Assembly (NCBI GenBank): GCA_029260345.1 | Contig: JAJDDK010000007.1 | Coordinates: forward strand, 126,226-190,225 | Source: Phycisphaerales bacterium | GTDB lineage: Bacteria > Planctomycetota > Phycisphaerae > Phycisphaerales > UBA1924 | Length of the DNA: 64,000 bases | Direction of reading: 5' to 3' | In this document: piece by piece, positions 39,249-48,425 of the stretch | How the letters are laid out: every line of letters starts with the position of its first letter | Position numbering within the stretch: position 1 is the first letter of the stretch | Notes under the pieces: generated by a model | What the model was told of the DNA's origin: nothing | Databases searched by the model: none | Seen by the model: only the letters and a program-made list of their open reading frames with translations | Program-made: the position numbers and the translations under genes

Positions 39249-40460
39249 ATGAAACTTCGGACTGGTTCTGCAATGGTTTCGACGCTGGTTGGCGTCGCGT
39301 GTCTGGCGGTCGCTGGCGCTGCGGGATACACGTTCGCCACCGGCGAATCCGTGTGCAGCCTTCTGGGCTCCTGCGACACCGACGCGACGGCCGTTTCGGT
39401 CGTCGAGACCGCGGCGATGAGCGATGACGCGGTCGTCGTCATTCCCGCGGCGCTCGCTTCATCGGACGCCGGTGAATGCGAAGGCGAAGCGAAGGCCGAG
39501 TGCGCCGGGGATGTCAACGTTGTGAATGCTGCCGTCGTGAGCGATTGCGAGACAGCAACGTCATGCGATGGCGGCGCCAAAGTCGTTCATGCTTCAGAGA
39601 CGTCCGATGAATGCGCCGAGTCCAAGGCCGGATGCTGCGACGCCGAGAAGACGGCCGACAACGCCGAGGCCGTCGTCGTGAACGCGGCTCTCGTTTCCGA
39701 TGAAGATGGCGAAACCAAGGCTTGCTGCCAGGACGCTGAGAAAACGAAAGTCGAGAACGTCGCGATCGCCACGGGCGAATGCGAAGCCTTGACGGATGAA
39801 TGCGCCGAAGAGCCGATGCAGACGAGCCCGATTGAAATCATGCCCGTCAACGCAAGCTGCCCGCTGACGGAAGAGCCGCTCACGCCGGGCCTCGCCTCGG
39901 TGCACGAAGGCTTCACCGTCGGCTTCTGCTGCAACGGCTGCAAGCGCAAGTGGGATGCGCGAGCCGACGCCGAGAAGGCGGACTACATCGTGATGAACGC
40001 GAAGCTCGTCAATGAGATGTGCCCGACCTGCCCGACGATGAAGGCGAAAAAGACGTCGGCGTCTCTCTACAACGGTTTCGCCGTTGGTTTCTGCAATGAT
40101 CACTGCAAGGGCACGTTTGACGCCAAGGACGACGCCGGCAAGACCACGTACATCGCGTCGATCGTCACGCCCGTGAATGAGAACTGCCCGTTCAGCGATG
40201 AAGCGGTCGATGCCGAAATCGTTTCGCTGTATCGCGGCTACGCCGTCGCGTTCTGCTGCAACGGTTGCCAGTCTCGCTTTTCCGGCAAGATGGCCGACAG
40301 CGATCGCGACGCCATGGTCGTGACGCTGGCCTCCAACCTGGATGGCGCGATGATTATTCCCGCCGCCGAAGCACAGAGCTGTGGCGAAGGCTGCGGCGAT
40401 GAGAATTGCGGCGAAGACTGCAAGGACAAGCTGGCTGAGAAGTCCAAGCCCGGCGAGTAA
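39249..40460 (+). CDS. Secreted acidic Cys-rich protein with three YHS/TRASH-type metal-binding domains
   Basis: GGAG SD before ATG 39249. Signal peptide. Three repeats of 'N..CP…Y.G..V.FCC/CN..C….F' (e.g. 'NASCPLTEEP…HEGFTVGFCCNGCKRKWD'). Cys-rich ends 'CEGEAKAECAGD' and 'QSCGEGCGDENCGEDCKD'. Confidence 0.6.
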   Translation: MKLRTGSAMVSTLVGVACLAVAGAAGYTFATGESVCSLLGSCDTDATAVSVVETAAMSDDAVVVIPAALASSDAGECEGEAKAECAGDVNVVNAAVVSDCETATSCDGGAKVVHASETSDECAESKAGCCDAEKTADNAEAVVVNAALVSDEDGETKACCQDAEKTKVENVAIATGECEALTDECAEEPMQTSPIEIMPVNASCPLTEEPLTPGLASVHEGFTVGFCCNGCKRKWDARADAEKADYIVMNAKLVNEMCPTCPTMKAKKTSASLYNGFAVGFCNDHCKGTFDAKDDAGKTTYIASIVTPVNENCPFSDEAVDAEIVSLYRGYAVAFCCNGCQSRFSGKMADSDRDAMVVTLASNLDGAMIIPAAEAQSCGEGCGDENCGEDCKDKLAEKSKPGE

Positions 40461-40487
40461 TCGATTCTCAAATGCACTGAATCACTC

Positions 40488-40520
40488 AAAGCCCATGACG
40501 TTGGTCATGGGCTTTTTTCT
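40488..40520 (+). terminator. Rho-independent terminator
   Basis: 11-bp stem 'aagcccatgac/gtcatgggctt' with loop gttg, followed by 'ttttct'. Confidence 0.6.
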
Positions 40521-40560
40521 GCGCTTGCGGCTCGCCAGTGTTCCAGCGGACAATGCCACC

Positions 40561-40986
40561 ATGGCGACTTTTCTCTTCAAGACCGAGCCGGATGATTTCA
40601 GTTGGGATGACCTTGTGCGTGTCGGGCGCGAACCCTGGAACGGCGTGAGCAACAACACCGCGCTGATTCACTTGCGCGCGTGCCGCCCGGGCGATGAAGT
40701 CTTTATTTATCACACTGGCAAAGAGCGGCGCATCGTCGGGCTGGCGCGCATCGCCTGCGAACCATACGAAGACCCGGAAAAGCCCGGCCGCAATGCAAAG
40801 GACGAGCCCAAGTTCGCCGTCGTCGATGTTGAGCCGGTGAAACCAGTCAAAACGGCGGTGACGCTCGCCGAAATCAAATCGGACAAACGATTCGCCGACC
40901 TGTGGCTCGTGAAGCACACGCGTCTCAGCGTGATGCCCGTCCCTGCAAAGATGGACAAAGCCTTGCGCACGATGTGCGGCCTCTAA
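40561..40986 (+). CDS. EVE (PUA-like) domain protein
   Basis: 'MATFLFKTEPDDFSWDDL…WNGVSNNTALIHLRACRPGDEVFIYHTG' matches the EVE/thymocyte-nuclear-protein-1-like fold. The true start is after the terminator. The track ORF start overlaps the upstream gene. Confidence 0.65.
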   Translation: MATFLFKTEPDDFSWDDLVRVGREPWNGVSNNTALIHLRACRPGDEVFIYHTGKERRIVGLARIACEPYEDPEKPGRNAKDEPKFAVVDVEPVKPVKTAVTLAEIKSDKRFADLWLVKHTRLSVMPVPAKMDKALRTMCGL

Positions 40987-40998
40987 ATTGCAACGGTC

Positions 40999-42114
40999 TT
41001 ATCGCCGGCGAATCACGATGACGGATTGGTCATCGTCCTGCGCGCCATGCGCCCGCGCGGCGCCCAGCAGCGACTGAAGAATCTCCCCCACCGGTTCGCC
41101 CCGTTGGCGCCGCAGTACTTCCACCAGCGGTGATTCGCCGAGCATCGCGCCGTCGGCGCCGCGCGTCTCCGTCAGACCATCCGTGTAGATCACGAGCAAA
41201 TCCTGCGGCGCCAGCGTCATTTCTCGCGTCGAGAATGTTTCGTCGGCAACCACACCAAGCGGAAGCGCTTCATTCTCAACGCGATTAACTTCGCCCGTCG
41301 CCGCGACGACATGCAGAATCGGATGATGCCCCGCGAGCGCGCACACGGCTCGACCATCGTTTGAAAGTCGAATGCACGCAAACGTCGCGAACATGCCCGG
41401 TTCGGCAAGGTCGCACACGACGCGGTTCAAGTCAGGCACCACGTCTTCGAGCGTGTCGTCATGCAGCAGTCGCGTCCGCAGCGAACTCTTCAGCATCGCC
41501 ATGAGGACGCCAGCTCGCACCCCATGCCCGGACACATCGGCGAGGTAGGCATCGAGGCCGCGTTCGTTGGTGAGGATGTCGATGAGATCCCCGCCCATCT
41601 CTGAGCTGGCGTCCGAACGAGCCGCCGCTTCTGCGAACTCCGTCTCGATCATCAGGGGCGGCACAAGACTGCGATGAATGCCTTGCGCCAGATTCATCTC
41701 CGTCCGCAACCGCAACTGACGCGAGCCTTCCTTGGCGATAAAGCTCGCCATGAGGACATACCCCGCAACCAGTGTGAGAATCGCAAAGAGCGCCAGCGGC
41801 GTGGAGCGCGAATCGATGACCCAGGGCGCGTTCAGCGACGGCCCCAGAACCACCGGCCCGAAGATCTGCAATGCGATCACGATCGGCAGCAGCCAGATCC
41901 GCCACATGAACGAGAGCGCCCACCCGATGGCGATCCCGCCGCTGAAAAGTGACCACACCAGCACCGTCCACCACGGTTCGTGCTTTATTTCGACGCGCCC
42001 CAGCGTAAAGAGCGGTCCGAGCGTGGCAAACGTGAAGAAGATCGCGGTGAGCAGCAGCGCCCGCCCTCGGACGCTCAATCCACCGAAGTATTCATCGCGA
42101 GCCGTTTGTGCCAT
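40999..42114 (-). CDS. PP2C-family Ser/Thr phosphatase (SpoIIE/RsbU-like) with N-terminal multi-TM sensor region
   Basis: 'DVSGHGVRAGVLMAMLKSSLR', 'LLVIYTDGLTE'. About 5 TM helices at the N-terminus. Confidence 0.75.
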   Translation of the reverse strand: MAQTARDEYFGGLSVRGRALLLTAIFFTFATLGPLFTLGRVEIKHEPWWTVLVWSLFSGGIAIGWALSFMWRIWLLPIVIALQIFGPVVLGPSLNAPWVIDSRSTPLALFAILTLVAGYVLMASFIAKEGSRQLRLRTEMNLAQGIHRSLVPPLMIETEFAEAAARSDASSEMGGDLIDILTNERGLDAYLADVSGHGVRAGVLMAMLKSSLRTRLLHDDTLEDVVPDLNRVVCDLAEPGMFATFACIRLSNDGRAVCALAGHHPILHVVAATGEVNRVENEALPLGVVADETFSTREMTLAPQDLLVIYTDGLTETRGADGAMLGESPLVEVLRRQRGEPVGEILQSLLGAARAHGAQDDDQSVIVIRRR

Positions 42115-42182
42115 AAAGACATGCCAGAGCCGCGCACGTCATTTGTCAAATGCGGCACGAATCCACAATCGATGAAAACACC

Positions 42183-42821
42183 TCAGGGAATTTCCAGTGC
42201 CTCATGGGGAACTTCAACATTCTCGTCGTTGTAGTACGACAACACCCAGTCCACGCGCCCGGATCGGTACAGGTCTTCAAAGAGCAGCACACTCGAAACA
42301 CAGTAGCGCGTCCCGATGCCTTTTCGAATCTCGATCAGCGCCCGTTCGGCGGCGTCGGCGCCGACTTCCTTGCGATATGGACGCATGCTGGTGAGCGCAT
42401 CAAACGAGTCGACCACGGCAAAGAATCGCGCGCCGAGCGGAATCTCCTCGCCGCGCAGTTTGTCCGGGTATCCGCCGCCTCCCCACTGCTCGTGGTGATG
42501 GCGAACAAGATTCAGGACGACCATGTCCGTCTCGCCCATCGCGATGAGCCGGTCATACCCGGCGACGGGATGCGTCTTGATGATCGCGAACTCTTCGTCG
42601 GTAAGCGCTTCGGGCTTTTGAAGTATGTCCGTCGGGATGTCGAGTTTGCCGAGATCATGCAGCGCGGCGCCACGCGCGATGCGCGGCAAAAGTTCATCAT
42701 CCATGCCGGCGAGCTCCGCCAAAGCGCGCGTGTACAGCACCACGCGCCACGTGTGCGACGCCGTTGAGAGATCCTTCTTCTCGATCTCGGCCACGAGTTT
42801 CTCAAGTTCCGACGTGTTCAT
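42183..42821 (-). CDS. HD-GYP domain phosphodiesterase (c-di-GMP signalling)
   Basis: 'HDLGKL', 'HHEQWGGGGYP'. Confidence 0.8.
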   Translation of the reverse strand: MNTSELEKLVAEIEKKDLSTASHTWRVVLYTRALAELAGMDDELLPRIARGAALHDLGKLDIPTDILQKPEALTDEEFAIIKTHPVAGYDRLIAMGETDMVVLNLVRHHHEQWGGGGYPDKLRGEEIPLGARFFAVVDSFDALTSMRPYRKEVGADAAERALIEIRKGIGTRYCVSSVLLFEDLYRSGRVDWVLSYYNDENVEVPHEALEIP

Positions 42822-42827
42822 GGTCGC

Positions 42828-43265
42828 TTAGCCCGCCGTTGGCACCTGGTCCGGGAGCGGCGCCAGATCCGGCTCGATGAAGCGTGCCCGGGCCTCATCC
42901 GACATCAGCCGATCCTTGGAATAGTGGCGCAGCATAAGCCGCTTGTCGAGGAGCTCGGGCGAACTGCGCACGAATTCCTGCGAATTGGCGAACGTTCGCC
43001 CCGCCATGTGCCGCCGCACGGTGTGAAGCCAAAAGACGGTGATCGTTTCGTGGTACCCGGTCCTGGGTTCGTACCCGGCGAGCTGGGCATTGGCGAGGAG
43101 CTCGCGCAGGCCGTCGCGCATGGGGGCGAGGGCGTTTTCAAAGCCGTGGTTTTGGATGACGAGGTACGCAGCGCGCACGTGCGCTTCGTGGCCGAAGTCC
43201 GGATCGCTAATGGCGCGCTGGTTGAACTGTCGCCAGAAAACCACGTCATCGGAAAGGTCGCACAC
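42828..43265 (-). CDS. Hypothetical protein
   Basis: GTG start. No recognizable motif. Coding status uncertain. Confidence 0.35.
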   Translation of the reverse strand: MCDLSDDVVFWRQFNQRAISDPDFGHEAHVRAAYLVIQNHGFENALAPMRDGLRELLANAQLAGYEPRTGYHETITVFWLHTVRRHMAGRTFANSQEFVRSSPELLDKRLMLRHYSKDRLMSDEARARFIEPDLAPLPDQVPTAG

Positions 43266-43306
43266 GACGATTCTCCGGAAGAAACACTTGCGTTGTGAAA
43301 CTGGGG

Positions 43307-44401
43307 TCAGGCGTTCGTGTCGCGCCCGAGCAATTGCTGAAGGCGGTTGTAACTTTCTTTATCGCGACCGATCAATTGATCCACTTGCATATCCGCGTGG
43401 TAACTCGATCGCACCATCGGGCCGGATTCAACCACCGCAAAGCCGCGGGCGAGGCCCTGGTCGCGGTAACGGTCGAAGACTTCCGGCTCGACGAAACGGT
43501 CAATCGGTAAGTGGTTCGGCGTGGGCTGGAGGTATTGCCCGATTGTGAGGATGTCCGTTTGCGCCCGAGTCTGAAGATCGTCCATCAGTTCGAGCACTTC
43601 ATCATCGCGCTCGCCGATGCCGACCATGATGCCGGTCTTCGTCACCATTCCCGCGTCTTTGCAACGCTTCAACAACTCGACCGAACGGTCATATTTCGCT
43701 GAAGGGCGCACCGCGGGATACATGCGCGGCACCGTCTCCACGTTGTGATTGAGAATCTCCGGCCGCGCGTCGATTACATCCTGAAGCGCCTCCCAATTTC
43801 CTTCGAAGTCCGGGATCAGCACTTCGATGGAGAGATTGTTGTCGCAGGCTTCGCGCGTGCGCAGGACGGTCTCGGCCCAGATCGCGGCGCCGCCGTCTTT
43901 GAGTTCATCACGATTCACACTGGTGATCACGATGTGGCGCAGTCCAGCGCCTTCGACCATGAGCCTTACGGATTCCGCGACGCGTTTGGGTTCATCAAGA
44001 TCAAGCACGGGCGGCTTGCCGGTTTTCACGTTGCAGAAGCCGCAGGCGCGGGTGCAGGTGTCGCCGAGGATCATGATCGTCGCGACGCCGCGGGCCCAGC
44101 ATTCGCCCATGTTGGGGCAGCCGGCCTCTTCGCAGACGGTGTGGAGCTTGTGCTCACCGAGAATGGCGCGGAGGTTGTGGTAGCCGGGGCCGCCGGGGAG
44201 CTGGGCGCGGAGCCACTTGGGCTTGCGCTTGGCCTGCGGCATTTGTTTGGCCCCGCCGTCGTTGTTCAGCACCATGCCGGTCAGGCTGAAGGCGGGCTTG
44301 TCGATGCGGCGCATCGGGTCACCGCCGGCAGGCCTCGGATGGCGCTGAATCCCCTTTGTGCGGGGCGTGGCGGGGGTCGAAGTGGGCGGCGGGGTGGACA
44401 T
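43307..44401 (-). CDS. lipA: Lipoyl synthase
   Basis: 'CEEAGCPNMGEC' and 'CTRACGFC' radical-SAM Cys clusters. 'SVNRDEL'. Start ATG 44401 ('MSTPPP…'). The upstream 370 codons of the track ORF are not LipA. Confidence 0.85.
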   Translation of the reverse strand: MSTPPPTSTPATPRTKGIQRHPRPAGGDPMRRIDKPAFSLTGMVLNNDGGAKQMPQAKRKPKWLRAQLPGGPGYHNLRAILGEHKLHTVCEEAGCPNMGECWARGVATIMILGDTCTRACGFCNVKTGKPPVLDLDEPKRVAESVRLMVEGAGLRHIVITSVNRDELKDGGAAIWAETVLRTREACDNNLSIEVLIPDFEGNWEALQDVIDARPEILNHNVETVPRMYPAVRPSAKYDRSVELLKRCKDAGMVTKTGIMVGIGERDDEVLELMDDLQTRAQTDILTIGQYLQPTPNHLPIDRFVEPEVFDRYRDQGLARGFAVVESGPMVRSSYHADMQVDQLIGRDKESYNRLQQLLGRDTNA

Positions 44402-44797
44402 GGGACCGCAAGTGTAGTCGGTCAGGAATGCCCCGAAGCGGAGCTTTCGCGCGAACTTCCCGGCCCTCAGACCGATAGTACCGGTCGGAGATGAGGGTGA
44501 AACTGGGCAAACAGGGTCAACCCGTGGCGTGTGTCGGTCGATCACACAGTCGGGTGATTCGTGCGCAAGGGCGTCCCGAGCCACCTCAGAGTGCATTCGT
44601 TGACAGCGCGGGGGCCGGTGATACCGTGACCGATTCGCCCGCGGGAACCTCGGAGTCGGCACGCGCGGGGAGCCGACCCGAACACCGAGCGAGTCCCCGA
44701 GCAGGGCGAACTGAAGAATTGCCCGACCAAGGAGTGAGCCGTGGCTGGATGTAATGTCGATCGCGCAAGCGCTGGCCGACCCACACGCACACGCTGG

Positions 44798-46312
44798 ATG
44801 CCGATACTCGGCGCCCTGGCGCTGGGCGGAATGGCCCTCTCCGGCTGCACCAACGAATTGGATTCCTGGTGGGATCCGAGCATCGTTGGTCGCTGGGAGT
44901 TCACCCCAACGGTGGTCCCCATTCTCGAACGCATCGACGTCATCGAAGATGACACCGGTGAGTACGTCGAGAAAAGCGAGATCATCCCCGAAGACCTGAT
45001 CCCCGAAGCCGTGGAATATGAAATCACGCCGGGCGACCAGCTCCTCATCGAAATTTTCGACTTCATGGCGCCGAACGTGCCTTCGCAGCTTCAGCGCGTT
45101 GTAGACGGTCGCGGCAACATCGATCTGCCGCAGCTCGGCCGCATTCCGGTCAATGGGTTGACCGCACGACAAGTTGAAATGCGAGTGGTCGAAGAATTGC
45201 GCAATCAAGGCATTATTCAGGACGGTCTCGTGACCGTGCAGGCGCTGGCGCAGCGTGACGCGACGTACAGCATCTTTGGCGCCGTGCCGCGTGTCGGTCG
45301 CTACATCATCCCCGCGCCGAATTTCCGGCTGCTTGACGCGATGACGGAAGCAGGCGGCATTCCGCCAACCATTCCGGTCGTGTACGTGATTCGTCAGGTG
45401 CCGCTTTCTGACGAAGTCACCATGGGGCTGGGTGTGGATCCCGCCGCCGAACCCGGACGACCGCAAGACCCGCAGTCGCCGAACAATGAGGGACGCAATC
45501 TCGAGGACTTGATCGAGCAACTGACCGAGCCCGAGGGCAACGGTTCGCCGGCGGCGTTCTCCAGCGCCTTCCAGTCGGGCCAGTCGAGCCAGCCGCAGTC
45601 ACAGAATCGACTTCAGAATTTCATCGACTTACCGGACGACGACAGCGCCGCACAGCCACAATCCGGCGACAACACGCTTGAAGAAGCGACGGATGGCCAG
45701 TGGGTCTTCCTCAATGGCGAATGGGTGCGCGTTGCATCGAATCAGCCCAACGGAGCCACCGGTTTGGCCGATGGGCCGGACCTGCTCGCCCAAAGCATGG
45801 GCAGCCCAGCAGATCTCGTGACCCAGCGCGTCATCGAGGTCCCGACGCGGCCGCTCCTCCAAGGCAACGCATCGTTCAATATCGTGATCCGTCCCGGCGA
45901 CACCGTTCACGTGCCCAACCCCGAACAGGGCTTCGTCTACGTCGCGGGTCGCGGCATCGCACGACCGGGTGTGTACAACCTTCCTGGTGCAGGTCGCCTG
46001 ACGCTGACCAAAGCCATTATGGCCGCGGGCGGCCTCTCACAGATCGGTATTCCGGCCCGTACAGACCTCACCCGCATGGTCGGTCGCGACCGCCAGGCGA
46101 CGATTCGTCTGAACGCGAAAGCCATCTTTGAAGGCACCGAGCCGGACGTTTTTCTGAAACCGGACGACGTCATCAACATCGGCACGACGTGGTGGGCCCA
46201 GCCCTTGGCGATCGCCCGAAACGGCTTCCGAACCACGTACGGCTTCGGCTTCCTGCTGGACCGAAACTTCGGTAACGACGTCTTCGGACCGCCGCCGTTC
46301 AGCCGTCAGTAA
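44798..46312 (+). CDS. Polysaccharide export protein (Wza/GumB-like; Poly_export + SLBB domains), lipoprotein
   Basis: Lipobox 'LSGC'. 'PGDQLLIEIF', 'NIDLPQLGRIPVNGLTARQVE', 'IFGAVPRVGRYIIP'. A second SLBB copy near the C-terminus. Start ATG 44798. Confidence 0.75.
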   Translation: MPILGALALGGMALSGCTNELDSWWDPSIVGRWEFTPTVVPILERIDVIEDDTGEYVEKSEIIPEDLIPEAVEYEITPGDQLLIEIFDFMAPNVPSQLQRVVDGRGNIDLPQLGRIPVNGLTARQVEMRVVEELRNQGIIQDGLVTVQALAQRDATYSIFGAVPRVGRYIIPAPNFRLLDAMTEAGGIPPTIPVVYVIRQVPLSDEVTMGLGVDPAAEPGRPQDPQSPNNEGRNLEDLIEQLTEPEGNGSPAAFSSAFQSGQSSQPQSQNRLQNFIDLPDDDSAAQPQSGDNTLEEATDGQWVFLNGEWVRVASNQPNGATGLADGPDLLAQSMGSPADLVTQRVIEVPTRPLLQGNASFNIVIRPGDTVHVPNPEQGFVYVAGRGIARPGVYNLPGAGRLTLTKAIMAAGGLSQIGIPARTDLTRMVGRDRQATIRLNAKAIFEGTEPDVFLKPDDVINIGTTWWAQPLAIARNGFRTTYGFGFLLDRNFGNDVFGPPPFSRQ

Positions 46313-46500
46313 GCCATGGCCGGGGTTGACGATGAGGCTCGGAATCCGAACCGAACTCGGCGCGAACTTCGCTGGCCGAATGGCGTAGTAGCGGTTGTGT
46401 CCGGCGGCACAGGCTCCGCTGGAGGGACGAGAGTTGGTGGGAGGTCGGTCCGCGCGGTGGAAATGCGGACCCGCCTGAAGACCGGAGGGTCAAGACGCAG

Positions 46501-47424
46501 ATGAGCACGGCGGGCGCCAACCCGGCGGAGGGTGTCCAAGCGGACGCTGCCCTTGCGCGCTGGGTGACACCGGCGAATCTCATCATTGCCGGCCTGACGC
46601 TGTTCGGATTCCTCGCCCTCTTCTATCAGTGGTTCGGCTTTCAACACCGCTTCAGTTGGGGCAGCGATGACTGGGCGCACGCCTACGTCGTGCCTCTGAT
46701 TTCCGGCTATGCAATCTGGAAAGAGCGCGACCGCTTAGCGCTCATGACGCCGCAACTGTTTTGGCCCGGCTTGCTTCCTTTGCTGCTGGGCATTGTGTGC
46801 TACTTCTTCTTCATGCTTGGCTTCCCCAATCACATGGGGCAAGGCTTCTCGATTGTGTTGTGCATATACGGACTCGTGCTCCTGAATCTTGGCCCGAACA
46901 TCACGTCACTGCTGACCTTCCCGATCGCGTACCTCGTGTTCGCTGTCACGATTTCCGAACGCGTGATGCAGGGCGTCACGTTCCAATTGCAACTCATCGC
47001 CACCAAGGGCGCCTACGTCCTTCTGAATGTCATGCAAATTACGACGGACATTGCGGGCAATACACTCACGATCCACAAGAGTTCGGGCGAAACGATCCCG
47101 CTCAACGTCGCCGAAGCATGCAGCGGCATGCGCATGGTCATCGCGTTTTACGCGCTCGGCGCCGCCGTCGCGTTTCTCTCAACACGGCTCTGGTGGCAGC
47201 GCATAGCGATCCTTTTGCTCGCCGGGCCGATCGCGGTGTTCGTCAACGTGCTGCGTGTCGCGTCGCTTGGCGTCCTGAGCTTGTGGGACGAAGAATTCTC
47301 AAAGGGCAATGCGCACATGGCCGTTGGCCTGCTGTGGCTGGTGCCTGCCTTCTTGCTGCTGATGTTCAGTGTGTGGGCGCTGAAGCGCATGGTCGATGAG
47401 CCGCAACCGGGAGCCGCCACATGA
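46501..47424 (+). CDS. Exosortase (XrtA-like)
   Basis: 8 TM helices. Active-site 'AEACSGMRM' Cys and 'NVLRVASLG' Arg motifs. EpsI gene follows with ATGA overlap. Confidence 0.75.
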   Translation: MSTAGANPAEGVQADAALARWVTPANLIIAGLTLFGFLALFYQWFGFQHRFSWGSDDWAHAYVVPLISGYAIWKERDRLALMTPQLFWPGLLPLLLGIVCYFFFMLGFPNHMGQGFSIVLCIYGLVLLNLGPNITSLLTFPIAYLVFAVTISERVMQGVTFQLQLIATKGAYVLLNVMQITTDIAGNTLTIHKSSGETIPLNVAEACSGMRMVIAFYALGAAVAFLSTRLWWQRIAILLLAGPIAVFVNVLRVASLGVLSLWDEEFSKGNAHMAVGLLWLVPAFLLLMFSVWALKRMVDEPQPGAAT

Positions 47425-48386
47425 CCGGCGCACGACTCCTGCATCCGGGCGCCATCGCTTCCGTCGTCATTCTCGGCGCCGCCGCGGTCGGACTGAGCGC
47501 AGCGATCGCCGTCAGCGGTGCGCAACTCCGCAAACGACCGATCAATCCGCCGGACGGACTTCGATTCCCGACACTTCCCGCAGAAACAGAAACATGGGAA
47601 CGCTTCGGCGCCGATCCCCCGCCGCTGTCCGCCGAAATTCTTGAAAGCCTCGGCACGCAGAACTATTTCTCGCGCAACTACATCAAGAAGGGCTCGATGG
47701 AAGCGGGAGAGCCCATTGTGATCAACTTGCATTGCGCGTATTACACGGGCATGCCGGACACGGTGCCGCACGTCCCCGAAGCCTGCTTCGTTGGTGGCGG
47801 CATGACGCTGGTGTCAAATGCGACGCTGGTTCCGATTCCATTTGATCTCAATCGATTCCCGCCGGATGAAATGCTCGAGACCAGTGAGATTGATCCAGAC
47901 ATCTATGGCGTCGTGCGTCAGGGCCGCATGGGGCCTTACTCCGAAGCGCCGGGCAACCGCGTGCACATGCCATTCGGGTTTGACGATCTCAAGCTGCGCG
48001 TCACTGAATATGAAGCAACGGACTCACAACGTGTCTTTGCCGGCTATTTCTTCATCGCCAATGGCTGGGGCGTGAGTGACGCCCTGCAAGTGCGCCAGCA
48101 GGCGTTCGACTTGTCGGCGGACTATGCGTTCTACGCCAAAGTGCAATTCACCAGCTATCAAGTAGAGTCTCCGCAGGAATTGAGCGAAATCGCCGCGGAC
48201 CTGTTGAACGAGTTGATGCCCGAAATCATGCGGCGTGTGCCTGACTGGACCGAGGTCATCGTTGGCGCGTACCCCCCACCGGACGATGTGGCGGAGGCGA
48301 ACACGCGCGACCGGCGCGGCACACAGGAATTCGAAGAGTGGAAAGAAGACTTCAATGCCCCCGACCTGCCCGGACGGCGGCGCTGA
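47421..48386 (+). CDS. Exosortase-associated EpsI-family protein
   Basis: N-terminal TM anchor. 'VPHVPEACFVGGG' (EpsI HxPxxCxxGxG-type motif). Translationally coupled to the exosortase. Confidence 0.7.
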   Translation: MTGARLLHPGAIASVVILGAAAVGLSAAIAVSGAQLRKRPINPPDGLRFPTLPAETETWERFGADPPPLSAEILESLGTQNYFSRNYIKKGSMEAGEPIVINLHCAYYTGMPDTVPHVPEACFVGGGMTLVSNATLVPIPFDLNRFPPDEMLETSEIDPDIYGVVRQGRMGPYSEAPGNRVHMPFGFDDLKLRVTEYEATDSQRVFAGYFFIANGWGVSDALQVRQQAFDLSADYAFYAKVQFTSYQVESPQELSEIAADLLNELMPEIMRRVPDWTEVIVGAYPPPDDVAEANTRDRRGTQEFEEWKEDFNAPDLPGRRR

Positions 48387-48425
48387 CTCCCCTGATGACC
48401 GAACGACCCCGAGGATGCTGAGGCC

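Noticed and set aside
44500-44620. Possible c-di-GMP-I (GEMM) riboswitch upstream of the EPS export gene
   Set aside because: A 'GGGCAAAC' string is present, but the conserved 'GGACGCAAAGC' P2 element and the expected pairing partners could not be found. Kept only as a generic long-leader observation.
43307-45520. 737-aa minus-strand ORF
   Set aside because: Only the C-terminal 364 codons are LipA (start ATG 44401). The rest covers the intergenic leader and is antisense to the Wza-like gene. It is Pro/Arg-rich with no domain.
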